From a plasmid: DNA of 64,000 bases. The notes under the pieces were generated by a model, which saw nothing but the letters and a program-made list of their open reading frames with translations, made no database searches and was not told the origin of the DNA. Positions 19,339 to 28,627 of the stretch are shown here, piece after piece. Each line of letters opens with the position of its first letter. The stretch's first letter is position 1. A program made the translations under genes and the position numbers. The stretch lies in the sequence record NZ_CP027239.1. One strand, given 5' to 3'.

Positions 19339-19713
19339 TCAGTCGTCGGCCAAAGTGGCGGCGACAACGGCGCGGGCGAACTCGTCCGAGACGCGGTAAT
19401 GCACCGACCGGCCGATCATCTCGTACTCGACGATGCGCGCCCGGCGCAGTGACCCCAGGAGCGACGACACTCGATTCTGGGACAGGCCGATGTCCTCGGA
19501 GAGCTGGGTGACAGTGCTGTACGGGCTCAAATACATGGCGGTGACCAGTCGCAGTCGGGCGGGATTGCCCAACAGCGTCAGGACGGCTGCCCGCTTGCTG
19601 GCGGCGGACTCGCTCAGCGGGAACTCGGTCTCAGTTTCGGTCAGGATCGTCACGAGTTCGATGGTAGCCCGACTCCATGCTGCCGCCCGGTCACCGAGCG
19701 GGGCGGCGGGCAA
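19339..19713 (-). CDS. ArsR/SmtB-family transcriptional regulator
   Basis: Winged HTH STVTQLSEDIGLSQNRVSSLLGSLRRARIVEY typical of ArsR. 124 aa. Confidence 0.8.
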   Translation of the reverse strand: MPAAPLGDRAAAWSRATIELVTILTETETEFPLSESAASKRAAVLTLLGNPARLRLVTAMYLSPYSTVTQLSEDIGLSQNRVSSLLGSLRRARIVEYEMIGRSVHYRVSDEFARAVVAATLADD

Positions 19714-19746
19714 ATCCCGCCTGAACTGGCCGGAAGCTACTCAGCG

Positions 19747-19765
19747 GGCGGCGGCATGACCCGCC
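19747..19765 (+). promoter_or_regulatory. Motif-2 copy (GGCGGCGGCATGACCCGCC) in the divergent arsR / 19838-gene promoter region
   Basis: Outer arms GGGCGG/CCGCCC form an inverted repeat around CATGAC. Confidence 0.45.
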
Positions 19766-19837
19766 CTTATGGTGTGTGCACCAAACCTCGGACCGTCCCC
19801 ATTTGTGGCGGTCTACCAACCAGGGAGGACTCGACCC

Positions 19838-20197
19838 ATGCCCAAGTTCAACATCGTTCTGCAGCTCGACGAGCACGAGAAGGAGCAGATTCAGGGGGCC
19901 TGTGACGTGAAGACGTTCTCCGCCGCGATCAAGGCGCACGAAGCGCTGGCCAAGGAGGAGGTCAAGGGACTGTCCGCGCTGCTGCGCGACAAGGTGAGCA
20001 CGGACCAGCTCGAAGTCGCGCAGTCCGCCCTGCCCGCGCTTCGCGAGCTGATGGAGTCGCTCGCCGACTCCGAGGCGAAGCACCAGGCCCTCCAGGAGCT
20101 CTCGCAGGCGGCCGGGACGTTGGAGGCGCTCTCGGCCGCCCAGGAATCGTTGAAGGAGCTGCAGCAGGCCGCCGGTGGCCACGACTCCAACTCCTGA
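19838..20197 (+). CDS. Hypothetical helical protein (119 aa)
   Basis: GGGAGGA lies 9 nt before ATG 19838. Confidence 0.5.
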   Translation: MPKFNIVLQLDEHEKEQIQGACDVKTFSAAIKAHEALAKEEVKGLSALLRDKVSTDQLEVAQSALPALRELMESLADSEAKHQALQELSQAAGTLEALSAAQESLKELQQAAGGHDSNS

Positions 20198-20211
20198 TCG
20201 GCGTATGACTG

Positions 20212-20619
20212 ATGAGCGATGCTCCTCGAGAGCCGGGCCTGGACCGACAGAAGGCAGCGAAGTTGGCCGAGTTGGTCACGGCCGTCGGTTGCCTGGACGG
20301 TGGCCAGCTGGACGCGTTCCACGATGCGTGCGAGGCCACCCGGCCGGCCCGATCAGCCGCTGCAGCGGTGCTGTCGGACGCAATCGCGGCCACCGAGGGC
20401 TGGACGCTGCCCGAGGTGTCAGCGCGGTTCCCCAGGTCGATGCGGGCCCTGAATGCGGTCACCCGGGGGGATGCGGCTGCTCACCTGCAGACCGAACCGA
20501 AGGCGGCCTTGTCGGATGCGATGGTGGCGGTGATCTGGAGGGAGTGCGCCGATAGTCTCGGCGATCGTTTGGTGGCGACCCTCACTAGCCCGTTCCGCAA
20601 CCTCGGGCTGTCCGCGTAG
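20212..20619 (+). CDS. Hypothetical protein (135 aa)
   Basis: Protein-like composition. The alternative frame from 20175 is Gly/Arg-rich shadow. Confidence 0.45.
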   Translation: MSDAPREPGLDRQKAAKLAELVTAVGCLDGGQLDAFHDACEATRPARSAAAAVLSDAIAATEGWTLPEVSARFPRSMRALNAVTRGDAAAHLQTEPKAALSDAMVAVIWRECADSLGDRLVATLTSPFRNLGLSA

Positions 20620-20630
20620 CGGCGCAACGG

Positions 20631-20663
20631 AAAGCGGCCCCGCCCGATACGGGTGGGGCCGCT
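20631..20663. terminator. Hairpin between convergent genes (AAGCGGCCCC .. GGGGCCGCTT)
   Basis: 10-bp inverted repeat with a 13-nt loop, followed by CTCTTGT. Confidence 0.4.
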
Positions 20664-20676
20664 TCTCTTGTCGCGG

Positions 20677-21549
20677 TCAGGCTGCGGGGTCCGCGGCGTT
20701 CTCGGATTCCTTGTGGGTAGGAGTGATGTCGAGGAGGCCGCACATGCGGTCGACGCGATGCCAGGTGGTGCGCAGGTTGGCGGCGATTCTGTGGAGCGGC
20801 ATCCCGCGCTCGACACCGAGCCGCACTACCTCGAGCTCGTCGTGAGGTTCCAGGATTTCCCTGGTGCCCGGGTCGATCGGGCGTCGTGTCTGGTTGAGCC
20901 GGTGCCGAGTGACGGTGGCGTCCAGCGCCTCCGGTCCGAGGGCGAAGTAGACACCTCGCTTGTTGATGCGCGGCGGGCTCAAGTCGACGTCAGGCACCCA
21001 TTCGGCTTGGGGACCGTTGATCTGATGGATGGCCGCTGACAGGTCGTCGGCGAAGTCGAACATGCCTTGCCCTACGGCCGTCTCGGCGGATGCCGTCCTG
21101 GTCGACGGTCTCTTCGTGGAGGCGGGCTTGGACTCGGGTACGGCCCGGGTGCGCTTCGGCGCCGGGGCGGGGGCGTTCCCGTAGGGCTTGCTGTTCTCGT
21201 CGAACAGGATCCCTGCCTGGACGACGCCTACCGGCGGGACACCTCGACTGGCGCTCCCGTCGAGCACCGCGGCGGTCTCCGCACGGCACTGCATCAGCAG
21301 GGGGCACGAGTGGCAGGCGGCGATGGCGGTGCGGGCACGCCGCACCTCTTCGTCGCATAGGACCGCCCCTCGGAAGTTGAACGGGTCGAACAGGTCGATG
21401 TTGACCTGGCAGGAGCGCCGAGGGGCGGCGGGTCGTTGCTGCCGATGCGGGGAGCGAGGGGACTGGACGGCGATTGTCGCACTCATCGCGTAGACCTTCC
21501 TGGGGCTGCCCTCCGCCGCCGTCAACCGCCTGTACGTGGAGGCCGACAC
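20677..21549 (-). CDS. WhiB-like (Wbl) Fe-S transcription factor domain with a roughly 200-aa C-terminal extension
   Basis: Four-Cys Wbl pattern: C-x22-C-x2-C-x5-C (CDEEV..AACHSCPLLMQC). Length is 290 aa versus about 80-120 aa for typical Wbl proteins. GTG start at 21549 follows motif-1. Confidence 0.7.
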   Translation of the reverse strand: MSASTYRRLTAAEGSPRKVYAMSATIAVQSPRSPHRQQRPAAPRRSCQVNIDLFDPFNFRGAVLCDEEVRRARTAIAACHSCPLLMQCRAETAAVLDGSASRGVPPVGVVQAGILFDENSKPYGNAPAPAPKRTRAVPESKPASTKRPSTRTASAETAVGQGMFDFADDLSAAIHQINGPQAEWVPDVDLSPPRINKRGVYFALGPEALDATVTRHRLNQTRRPIDPGTREILEPHDELEVVRLGVERGMPLHRIAANLRTTWHRVDRMCGLLDITPTHKESENAADPAA

Positions 21550-21564
21550 CAGCAGAAAGCGAGT

Positions 21565-21583
21565 GGCAGTTTGATTCCGATGG
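21565..21583 (-). promoter_or_regulatory. Motif-1 copy (CCATCGGAATCAAACTGCC), 22 nt upstream of the WhiB-like GTG
   Basis: Forms a 12-bp inverted repeat with the divergent copy at 21710-21721. Confidence 0.55.
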
Positions 21584-21710
21584 TGATGACCCTAACAGCC
21601 CAGTGCGCGTTATTGCATCTTCAACGCGAACATTCGACGAATAAACGCACTGCCTGAGGCCGATGCCTGTCGGGTGCCACAGATGTCGCACCCGCCTGAG
21701 ACGATGCGGC

Positions 21711-21727
21711 CATCGGAATCAGACAGC
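21711..21727 (+). promoter_or_regulatory. Motif-1 copy (CATCGGAATCAGACAGC), 30 nt upstream of the sbcD-like GTG
   Basis: Divergent partner of the copy at 21565-21583. Confidence 0.55.
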
Positions 21728-21756
21728 GGGACCGGCGTCGCGCCGGAAAGGAGCCA

Positions 21757-23093
21757 TCGTGGCCTACAAGATCGGCGTTCTGGGATGCCAGCACCTCGGC
21801 TACCGCATGCGCGCCATGCGGATGCACCCCTCGGGACTGAACCTGCGAGAAGTGGACGGGTACGTCGCTCACCGCCTGACCTACGAGTCCATGCTCGCTG
21901 CCGGCGTGAACGGCATCGTCGACGGTGGCGACTTGTTCCACGTGGCAGAGCCCAGCCCCGAGTCCGTCAACGCGGCCCTGCGAGTCGACGACCTGCGGGT
22001 GGACGCCTCTCCCGACGATCGGTTCATCTGGCGCGTCGGCAACGGCGGCAACCACGACAACGGATCAGGCCGGCATCGGGCCGCAGTGTCGGCGCTGCAC
22101 CGCCCGCACCTGGCCAGCCACGCGGTGTTCCCCGATCCCACACGGCCCGAGAGGGAGGCCGTCACCCCGTACCCCGGCTACTACGAGATCCACCAGCCCG
22201 ATCCGGACGTGCCGCTGTACCTGCACGTGATCTCGCACAACGGCTTGGACCCGGCACTGGCAGACCGGGGGATCAACATCGACCCACAGCCGCTGCCTGG
22301 CGGGGTGAACCTGCTGTTCGCCCACGGCATTTTCGCGGCAGATGGGCGGCTGTTCGGCGCCGACGAAAGGCACGGGGCTGAGCGGGTGATCCCCGCCGAG
22401 TGGGCCGACCGCGGGTTCGATCATTACCTGCTGTCGGACTATCACACGCTGGGCCCGATCCCCGGTTTCGGACCCGACGACGGCTACGAGCGCGGCCAGG
22501 TCTGGATGACTGGCAGCCTTCTGACCAGGGGTTTTAGTGATGAGATCGCCGGTCGTGGCTGGCTCGAAGTGGAGCTGCGCGACGACGGCACGGTCACGGT
22601 GACCCCACGCTACATCTGGCAGCGCCCGCAGGTCGATTTCCCAGTTCTGGACGCCTCCCAACTGTCGGTCGAGCAGATCGACCAGCAGGTCCGGGCACGC
22701 TTGCACGCCCAAGCCATGACCGACGAGGAGTCGGCCGAACTGACCGGCGATGGGGGAGCGTTGCTGAGGCAACGCATCAGCGGGGCGTCACCGTCGCAGA
22801 AGCCGGCGCTGCGGGCCGCGGCGATCGAGTGGGCGCACCTGGCGGCCGAGGCCGCGTTCTTCGGGGTCAGCTTCATCAACTCCACGAGCCTGACCGCCAA
22901 GCCCGGTGAGCGTGGCGAGACCGGCGAAGCCGGACCCGCGCGGGTGACCGATTACGTCGGCGAGTTCACCTCTCGCGCCGACGGCGACGGCGCTGTTGCT
23001 CGCGCCCTCAATGCCCTGCCCGGCGAGGTTCGCGCCCGCGTCGCCGACCGCACCCGACGAGTCCTGGCCGACGTGGCCGTCGACGCCGACTAA
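21757..23093 (+). CDS. SbcD/Mre11-family calcineurin-like phosphoesterase (nuclease subunit)
   Basis: Motif II DGGDLFH (Mre11-type), motif III GNGGNHDN, motif I region LGCQHLGY with Cys in place of the canonical Asp. AAAGGAG lies 7 nt before GTG 21757. Confidence 0.75.
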
Positions 23094-23112
23094 CAGACCT
23101 GGAGGAGACATC

Positions 23113-25476
23113 ATGCGCATCACCCACCTGCACGGGACGAACTTCCGATCCCTGGACGACGTCGCGCTCGATCTGACCGACGACGGCATGATCGCCCTGA
23201 TCGGCGCCCCCGGCAGCGGGAAGTCGTCGCTGCTGTCACTGGTGCCGTTCGTGCTCTACGGCGACACCGGACAAAACGGCACCCTGACCGATCTGCGCCG
23301 CCGGGGCAGCGACGAGAACGAGCGGTGTGGCGGCACCATCACCCTCACCCACAACGGGGATCGGATTGAAGCCAGCCGCTGGCTGACCCGCACCCGCCCC
23401 AAGGGCAGGATCAAGGAGACCGGACACGCCTCCCTGGCCATCAACGGTGAGTTCGTCGACGGCATCACCCCGACCCGACTCACCAGCGAAATCACGCGCA
23501 TCTTGGGCCAGCCCAAGGACGCGTTCCGGGGCGCGAACTTCATCGGGCAGGGCGAGGTCGACGTGCTGGCCACCGCCACCCCGACCGAAGTGCAGGCCCT
23601 GGTGGAGCATCACACCGGCCTTGCTCCACTGACGAAGGCCCGCCAGCGGGCCAGGGAGGCGGCCCGCGAGGCCGCGACCAAGGCCAAGGCGTTGCCCGGC
23701 GACGAGGCCGACCTCCGAGTGGCCGAGAGCAACCTCGCCGAGGCTGAGGATGAGACCGCCGAAGCCCGCGAGGCCGCCCGCACCGCGGGTGCGCAGCGCG
23801 ACCGGTCCCGCGAGAACCTGGACGCCGCCACTGCCGAGGCTGACCGACTGCGCGAGGCCACCGATGCCGCCCGCTCCAGCAAGGACCGTCTCGTCGGAGC
23901 TCGCGCCATCGCGGCATCCGCCCGGGACCAGCTCGCCCAGACCATCCGAGAGGCAGAGCCCGCCATCGGCGGGATCGACCTCGACACGATCCCCGCCCAG
24001 ATGGCCGACGTGGACGCCAAGCTGCAGGAACTGACCGACGCCGGAGTCGCCTACAAGCACTTCCGGACGGCTGCGGCCCGCGCAGAGTCCTACGCCGCCG
24101 AAACCCACCGGACTGCCCAGGGAATCGACCGGGAGGCGCTGGGCCGCGAGGTGGACGAGGCCAAGGCCAAGATCGTGGCGGCCGACTCCGACGGCAGGGC
24201 CGCGGCCGAGCTCGGCGCGGCAGCCGAGGCCGAAGCGCGGCGCATCGAGCGCGCACTTGACCAGCTCAACCATGCCGAGTCAGGCAAGGCCTGCTGCCCG
24301 ACATGCCGTCAGCGGGTCGCCGACCTGGACGGGTTGCGGGCGCAGTTCCAGCAGGAGCTCGCCGACTGCCAGGACCGGCTGGCCAAGGCCCACGCTGCCC
24401 GGCGCACCGCAGGCGCCGCGCACGAGCAGGCCAGTGATGCACTGGCACGGGCCACGGCCACCCTTCGCGACGCGGACACGGCGGCGAGGGACGCCGCGCG
24501 GGCCGATCAGGACCGCCTCGCTGCGGTCTCCACTGCAGACGAGCGGGCGCAGGTGCTGCGTGCGGCGATCACGGCCCTCGACGGTCAGGTCGATCCGCAC
24601 TGCCAGGGCCAGGAGCTGCTGGACGCCGGGCTGACAGCCCACGCCCACGCCAAGCAGGCCCTGGCCGGGATGCAGGCCGCCCAGCAGGCCGGGCAGGCGA
24701 TCAGTCGAGCGCACGCCGCGGTCGCGAACGCCGACCAGGCCGTCGCCGCTGCGCAGGAGGGGCTGCGCGATGAACCGGACCCGGAGGCCCTGCGGGCGGC
24801 CGTGGAGACGGTCAGGCAGCTGCAGGCCGACCACGACGAGAAGGTCGCCGCAGCTTCCCGCGCCGAGCGGCTGCTCAGCGCCTGCGAAGTGGGGGCGGGG
24901 GAGATGCGCGTGCGGGTGGAGGCCGAACGCGCCAAGTGGGACGCCAAGAGCAAGGCCCTGACCGACGCAGAAGTCGCCGCCGGCACCGCCGACGCGATCA
25001 CCGCGCTGCGGTCGGAGTTGCTGGCCGAGTACACCGGCCAGATCTCGACGTCAGCCACGGAACTGCTGGCGCGGTTCGGTGGCGAGCACGTGGCGTTCCA
25101 CCTGGACTCGGACTTCGTGCCGCGGGTGGAACTGCTGGACGGCACCCTGGTCGACACCCGCACCCTGTCAGGCGGGGAGAAGGCCCGGGCCGGGCTGGCG
25201 TTCCGTCTCGGGATCACCCTGCAGATCACCCAGGGCGGGGTGCCCGACCAGGTGTTGGGCGACGAGGTGACCAACTACCTCGACGAGGACGGGCGCCGCG
25301 CAGTGATCGCCGCACTGCAGCAGCTGTTCCCGTCGGTGGTGCTGATCTCCCACACCAGCGAGGCGTTGGACTTCGCTTCACGCACGATCAGCCTGGATCG
25401 GGACCCCCTCGGGGCCACCACCGTGCATGGTCAGCCGCAGCCCGAGCCGGAGTCGGCTCTGGCCGAAGCGGTCTGA
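23113..25476 (+). CDS. SbcC/Rad50-family ATPase with coiled coil and CxxC zinc hook
   Basis: Walker A GAPGSGKSS. Long Ala/Glu/Arg-rich coiled coil. Hook CCPTCRQ. Signature LSGGEKARAGLAF. Walker B VLGDEV, D-loop and H-loop LISHTSE. GGAGGAG before ATG 23113. Confidence 0.8.
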   Translation: MRITHLHGTNFRSLDDVALDLTDDGMIALIGAPGSGKSSLLSLVPFVLYGDTGQNGTLTDLRRRGSDENERCGGTITLTHNGDRIEASRWLTRTRPKGRIKETGHASLAINGEFVDGITPTRLTSEITRILGQPKDAFRGANFIGQGEVDVLATATPTEVQALVEHHTGLAPLTKARQRAREAAREAATKAKALPGDEADLRVAESNLAEAEDETAEAREAARTAGAQRDRSRENLDAATAEADRLREATDAARSSKDRLVGARAIAASARDQLAQTIREAEPAIGGIDLDTIPAQMADVDAKLQELTDAGVAYKHFRTAAARAESYAAETHRTAQGIDREALGREVDEAKAKIVAADSDGRAAAELGAAAEAEARRIERALDQLNHAESGKACCPTCRQRVADLDGLRAQFQQELADCQDRLAKAHAARRTAGAAHEQASDALARATATLRDADTAARDAARADQDRLAAVSTADERAQVLRAAITALDGQVDPHCQGQELLDAGLTAHAHAKQALAGMQAAQQAGQAISRAHAAVANADQAVAAAQEGLRDEPDPEALRAAVETVRQLQADHDEKVAAASRAERLLSACEVGAGEMRVRVEAERAKWDAKSKALTDAEVAAGTADAITALRSELLAEYTGQISTSATELLARFGGEHVAFHLDSDFVPRVELLDGTLVDTRTLSGGEKARAGLAFRLGITLQITQGGVPDQVLGDEVTNYLDEDGRRAVIAALQQLFPSVVLISHTSEALDFASRTISLDRDPLGATTVHGQPQPEPESALAEAV

Positions 25477-25480
25477 GACT

Positions 25481-25512
25481 GCCGCGGGCCCCGCGGGGGC
25501 GCCCCCGCGGGG
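25481..25512. terminator. GC-rich hairpin between convergent sbcC-like and moxR-like genes
   Basis: GCCGCGGGCCCCGCGGGGGCGCCCCCGCGGGGCCG contains nested inverted repeats. Confidence 0.4.
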
Positions 25513-25515
25513 CCG

Positions 25516-26748
25516 TCACCAGGTGCTGGGCACCGACTGGTGAGTAGCGCCGGATACCAGCGCCCCTCCGGCGGCGAAACGGTCGCCGAACCGCCGACGG
25601 AACAGCGCCAGCGTTTCCTCCCGGTCCGCCAGGGTCGGCGCCTTGGACACCAGCGCTTCCGCGGCGAACTCGACGTCGACCGCGGTAGCCAGGTCCCGCA
25701 CGGCCAACAGCTCACGCAGCGACGGAACCCACCTGTCGAGACCGTCGGCCCGGTCCGCGTCCGCCCGCCGCTTCAACGCTTCCGCCACGTCGATCACCAC
25801 GGTCGGTACCTCCAACTGGTGGGCGGTGGCGAAGTCGGTGGGCACCTCGATCACCAGGGCCATGCGGTTGCGTACCGGCTCGGATAAGCCCGGGCCGTTG
25901 CCCGGGTTGAACGTCAGGATGAGCGTGAACCCGTCGGCGGCCTGCAGATGCTGGGTGCCGGGCCGGTCGATCACGTCGATACTGCGGCGCGTGTCCAGCG
26001 CCGGATGCAGCGCCGTCTGCACCCCCTGGTGCAGGGCGCCGGCATCGTCGAGCAGGAGAGGGCGTCCCTGTTCCATGGCCCGCCACAGGGGCCCGTCGAT
26101 CCACTTGAACGGGCCTTCGTCGCCCGGTACCGGCTGGTGCAGTCCCACCAGGTCCGGCCATGTTGTCGCTGTCGAGCAGGGCACGATGATCAGCTCGTCA
26201 CCGAGCGCTTCGCGCACCAGGGTCGTCTTGCCCGAACCCGGCGGGCCACCGAGGGCGATCGGCTGTCCGGTCTCGGCGATCGTGCGGATGATGTGGACGT
26301 CGGAGCGGCCGGCCAGGGTGCGGGGAATGTAGGTGTCCCGCATCTGGCGGGCCAGGTCCGGTGACAGTTGGACGATCATCTCCAGGAACGTGTCTGGGTC
26401 GGCCCGCATCGTCCTCTCCGCGTTCACGGCGAGCGCGAACTCGCGGGCGATCACCTCCGCTGGCCTCTGCGTTGTCGCCAGGTCGTCGTCGATGTTGATC
26501 ACTCCGGGCCGCACGTGGTGGGGCACTTCTCCGGGAGCGCACTGTTGCTCGATCTCGCGGGCCGCCGCCCTCAGCGCCTCGACTCGAGCCTTCGGCGAGG
26601 GAGGGAGAGGGTCATGTCGGGACAGGGGATCGGTGGCGCTGCCCCACACCCGAATCCCGGTGTCGGTGACGAGGTTGACGTAAGTCGAGTCGACCTCATC
26701 GTCGAACTGGTCCTCGTCGGGGACGAACCCAAACCCGAACGCCAGCAT
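25516..26748 (-). CDS. MoxR/AAA_5-family AAA+ ATPase with a roughly 170-aa N-terminal extension
   Basis: Walker A GGPPGSGKTTL and Walker B LLLDDAG. RBS GAAGGGA before ATG 26748. Confidence 0.75.
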   Translation of the reverse strand: MLAFGFGFVPDEDQFDDEVDSTYVNLVTDTGIRVWGSATDPLSRHDPLPPSPKARVEALRAAAREIEQQCAPGEVPHHVRPGVINIDDDLATTQRPAEVIAREFALAVNAERTMRADPDTFLEMIVQLSPDLARQMRDTYIPRTLAGRSDVHIIRTIAETGQPIALGGPPGSGKTTLVREALGDELIIVPCSTATTWPDLVGLHQPVPGDEGPFKWIDGPLWRAMEQGRPLLLDDAGALHQGVQTALHPALDTRRSIDVIDRPGTQHLQAADGFTLILTFNPGNGPGLSEPVRNRMALVIEVPTDFATAHQLEVPTVVIDVAEALKRRADADRADGLDRWVPSLRELLAVRDLATAVDVEFAAEALVSKAPTLADREETLALFRRRFGDRFAAGGALVSGATHQSVPSTW

Positions 26749-26851
26749 CTGTCGTGAACGTCCCTTCGTGTGCCACCCCTGCGGCCGGGGTCGTTGCCGC
26801 GATCGTATCGGCCCACCATGCCGCCGCTAGGCGGGCTACGCGACCGCCGGT

Positions 26852-26867
26852 CGGCGGCATGCCCGGC
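26852..26867 (+). promoter_or_regulatory. Motif-2 variant (CGGCGGCATGCCCGGC) in the divergent moxR/VWA promoter region
   Basis: Lacks the A of ATGACC. Confidence 0.35.
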
Positions 26868-26919
26868 TGATACAACAGGTGCCTGCATCCGTTGCCGGCA
26901 GCGAGGAGTGGCCGCACCC

Positions 26920-28548
26920 ATGGCGCTATGGTCCGTCACCGAGGAGTCGGTGCTGCTCATGCTGCAGGGCTGGGGAGCGGCGGTGGAGCAGGTCCGCATC
27001 GTGCCCACTGGCTCGTCCGGGGCGCCGGCGCCGGTGTACCTCGATGGCGACACCGCGGTGATCGAAGCCGAACGGGCCGGCCTTCCCCGTTCCGCGCAGG
27101 GTGTGAAGGTCGACTCGCTGACCCATCAGCTCAACGATCCCCGTGCAGCCGCCCGATTGGCGGCGGTGTGCGCCCCCTTAGTCACCTCGACCTGGCGGCA
27201 CGCCGGCCTTCCGTCGGACCCGCGGCTCGCCGGGTTGATGCTCGAGCTCGACCAACTGCGCGCCGAGGCCCAACTGCGGCGCCGCCAGCCCTCCCTGCGG
27301 CTCCTGCTGCCCACGATCAGCACGTGGCTGGCCCGCACGCCGATCTCCGGCAGTGACGATGCCGCCGCCTACCAACTGCTGACCGCCGTGTGCCCGAGAG
27401 CGGACGCCCTGGTGTTTCCCACCTCGACCACAGAGCACGTGAAGCCCGCACTCGTGGACTACCTCGGACCCGCCGTGATGCGCGAGTACGTCACCACATG
27501 GCGGCGCATCCTGGCGGCCCCGGACCAGCGCTCCGCAGTGATGTCGCTGGCCGACACCTGGCTCCAACTGGCCGATGCCCGGCTTCCCCGCCACCACGAC
27601 CGCACGTCCAATCCCGAACTGCTGTCCAGGGTCAGTCGCCGCGCCACCTCCGACCTCGAGCAGGCCGAGGCGACTGCACTGGAGGCGGTCGCCTCGCTGC
27701 GCGCCGACCTGGACGCCACCGCCACGTCAGAGCGCCGCACCACAGAACTGGACCCCGACCATGGGATCGCAGGCGCCGGAACAGGCCTGCCCGCGCACCG
27801 GTCCCTACGACACCGGCCCGCCACGGAAGAAGATCACCTTCTGCGAACGCAGCTGCGCGCGGCACTGTCGGTAGCCAAACGGCGCCAGCTATCCACCGTG
27901 GACCACCCCACCCAAGCACCCACCGGCAGGACCGACACTCGCGAACTGGTCCGCATGAGCGCACAGCAGCACGCCGGCACCCCGGTCACCGCCACCCCCT
28001 GGACCCGGCACATCCCCGAGATGGACGACCAGCCCGACATCCGGGTCGCCGCCGTGCTGGATACATCCGCGTCCATGGCACCGTGGCTGGAGTCGGCGAC
28101 TGCGTTGATGTGGGCAGTGGCCTGCGCAGCCCGCGACCTCGGCGGATCCGCCACCGTATGGGGGTTCGGCGGCGACGCCTTCGAGATCGTCCGCATCGGC
28201 TCGGCGCCCCACCTCGTCCCGCAGATCCGCGACACCGGCGCCGGCTCCGACGGATACGCCGAGGCCGTGAGCCGGGCCTGCGACTCCGCGGATCTGATCG
28301 GCAGTCGAGGCGCCCGCCTGCTGGTGGTGCTGACCGATGGCCGACTGAAAGACCCGGAGGAGGCCCGCCGACTGCAGCAGACCCTGGCCGACGCCGTTGC
28401 CAGCGGCGTCACCGTCCTATGGGCCCTGACCGGAGGCACCACCAACGCTCTGGTCCCGGACCAAGCAATCGTCGCTCAGGGGGTGACCCCGCGCCGCTTC
28501 GCCGAAGCCGTGAACCGCGTCCTGATCAACACCGTCAGCGCCACCTGA
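26920..28548 (+). CDS. von Willebrand factor A (VWA) domain protein, partner of the MoxR-like ATPase
   Basis: MIDAS motif DTSASM plus downstream LLVVLTDG. GAGGAG before ATG 26920. Upstream in-frame starts at 26770 and 26818 are possible but lack an RBS. Confidence 0.7.
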   Translation: MALWSVTEESVLLMLQGWGAAVEQVRIVPTGSSGAPAPVYLDGDTAVIEAERAGLPRSAQGVKVDSLTHQLNDPRAAARLAAVCAPLVTSTWRHAGLPSDPRLAGLMLELDQLRAEAQLRRRQPSLRLLLPTISTWLARTPISGSDDAAAYQLLTAVCPRADALVFPTSTTEHVKPALVDYLGPAVMREYVTTWRRILAAPDQRSAVMSLADTWLQLADARLPRHHDRTSNPELLSRVSRRATSDLEQAEATALEAVASLRADLDATATSERRTTELDPDHGIAGAGTGLPAHRSLRHRPATEEDHLLRTQLRAALSVAKRRQLSTVDHPTQAPTGRTDTRELVRMSAQQHAGTPVTATPWTRHIPEMDDQPDIRVAAVLDTSASMAPWLESATALMWAVACAARDLGGSATVWGFGGDAFEIVRIGSAPHLVPQIRDTGAGSDGYAEAVSRACDSADLIGSRGARLLVVLTDGRLKDPEEARRLQQTLADAVASGVTVLWALTGGTTNALVPDQAIVAQGVTPRRFAEAVNRVLINTVSAT

Positions 28549-28627
28549 GCAGGGCGCCGCACCTACACCACAACTACGACAGCCCGCCGCTACCGTGACC
28601 CCACCGCAGCCAGAAAGGACCCACCCC

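Noticed and set aside
23113-25476. SbcC-like protein as a Wadjet/JetC- or MukB-type SMC.
   Set aside because: It has a CxxC zinc hook rather than an SMC hinge, and it is preceded by an Mre11/SbcD phosphoesterase. No JetA/B/D-like or Toprim partner is present.
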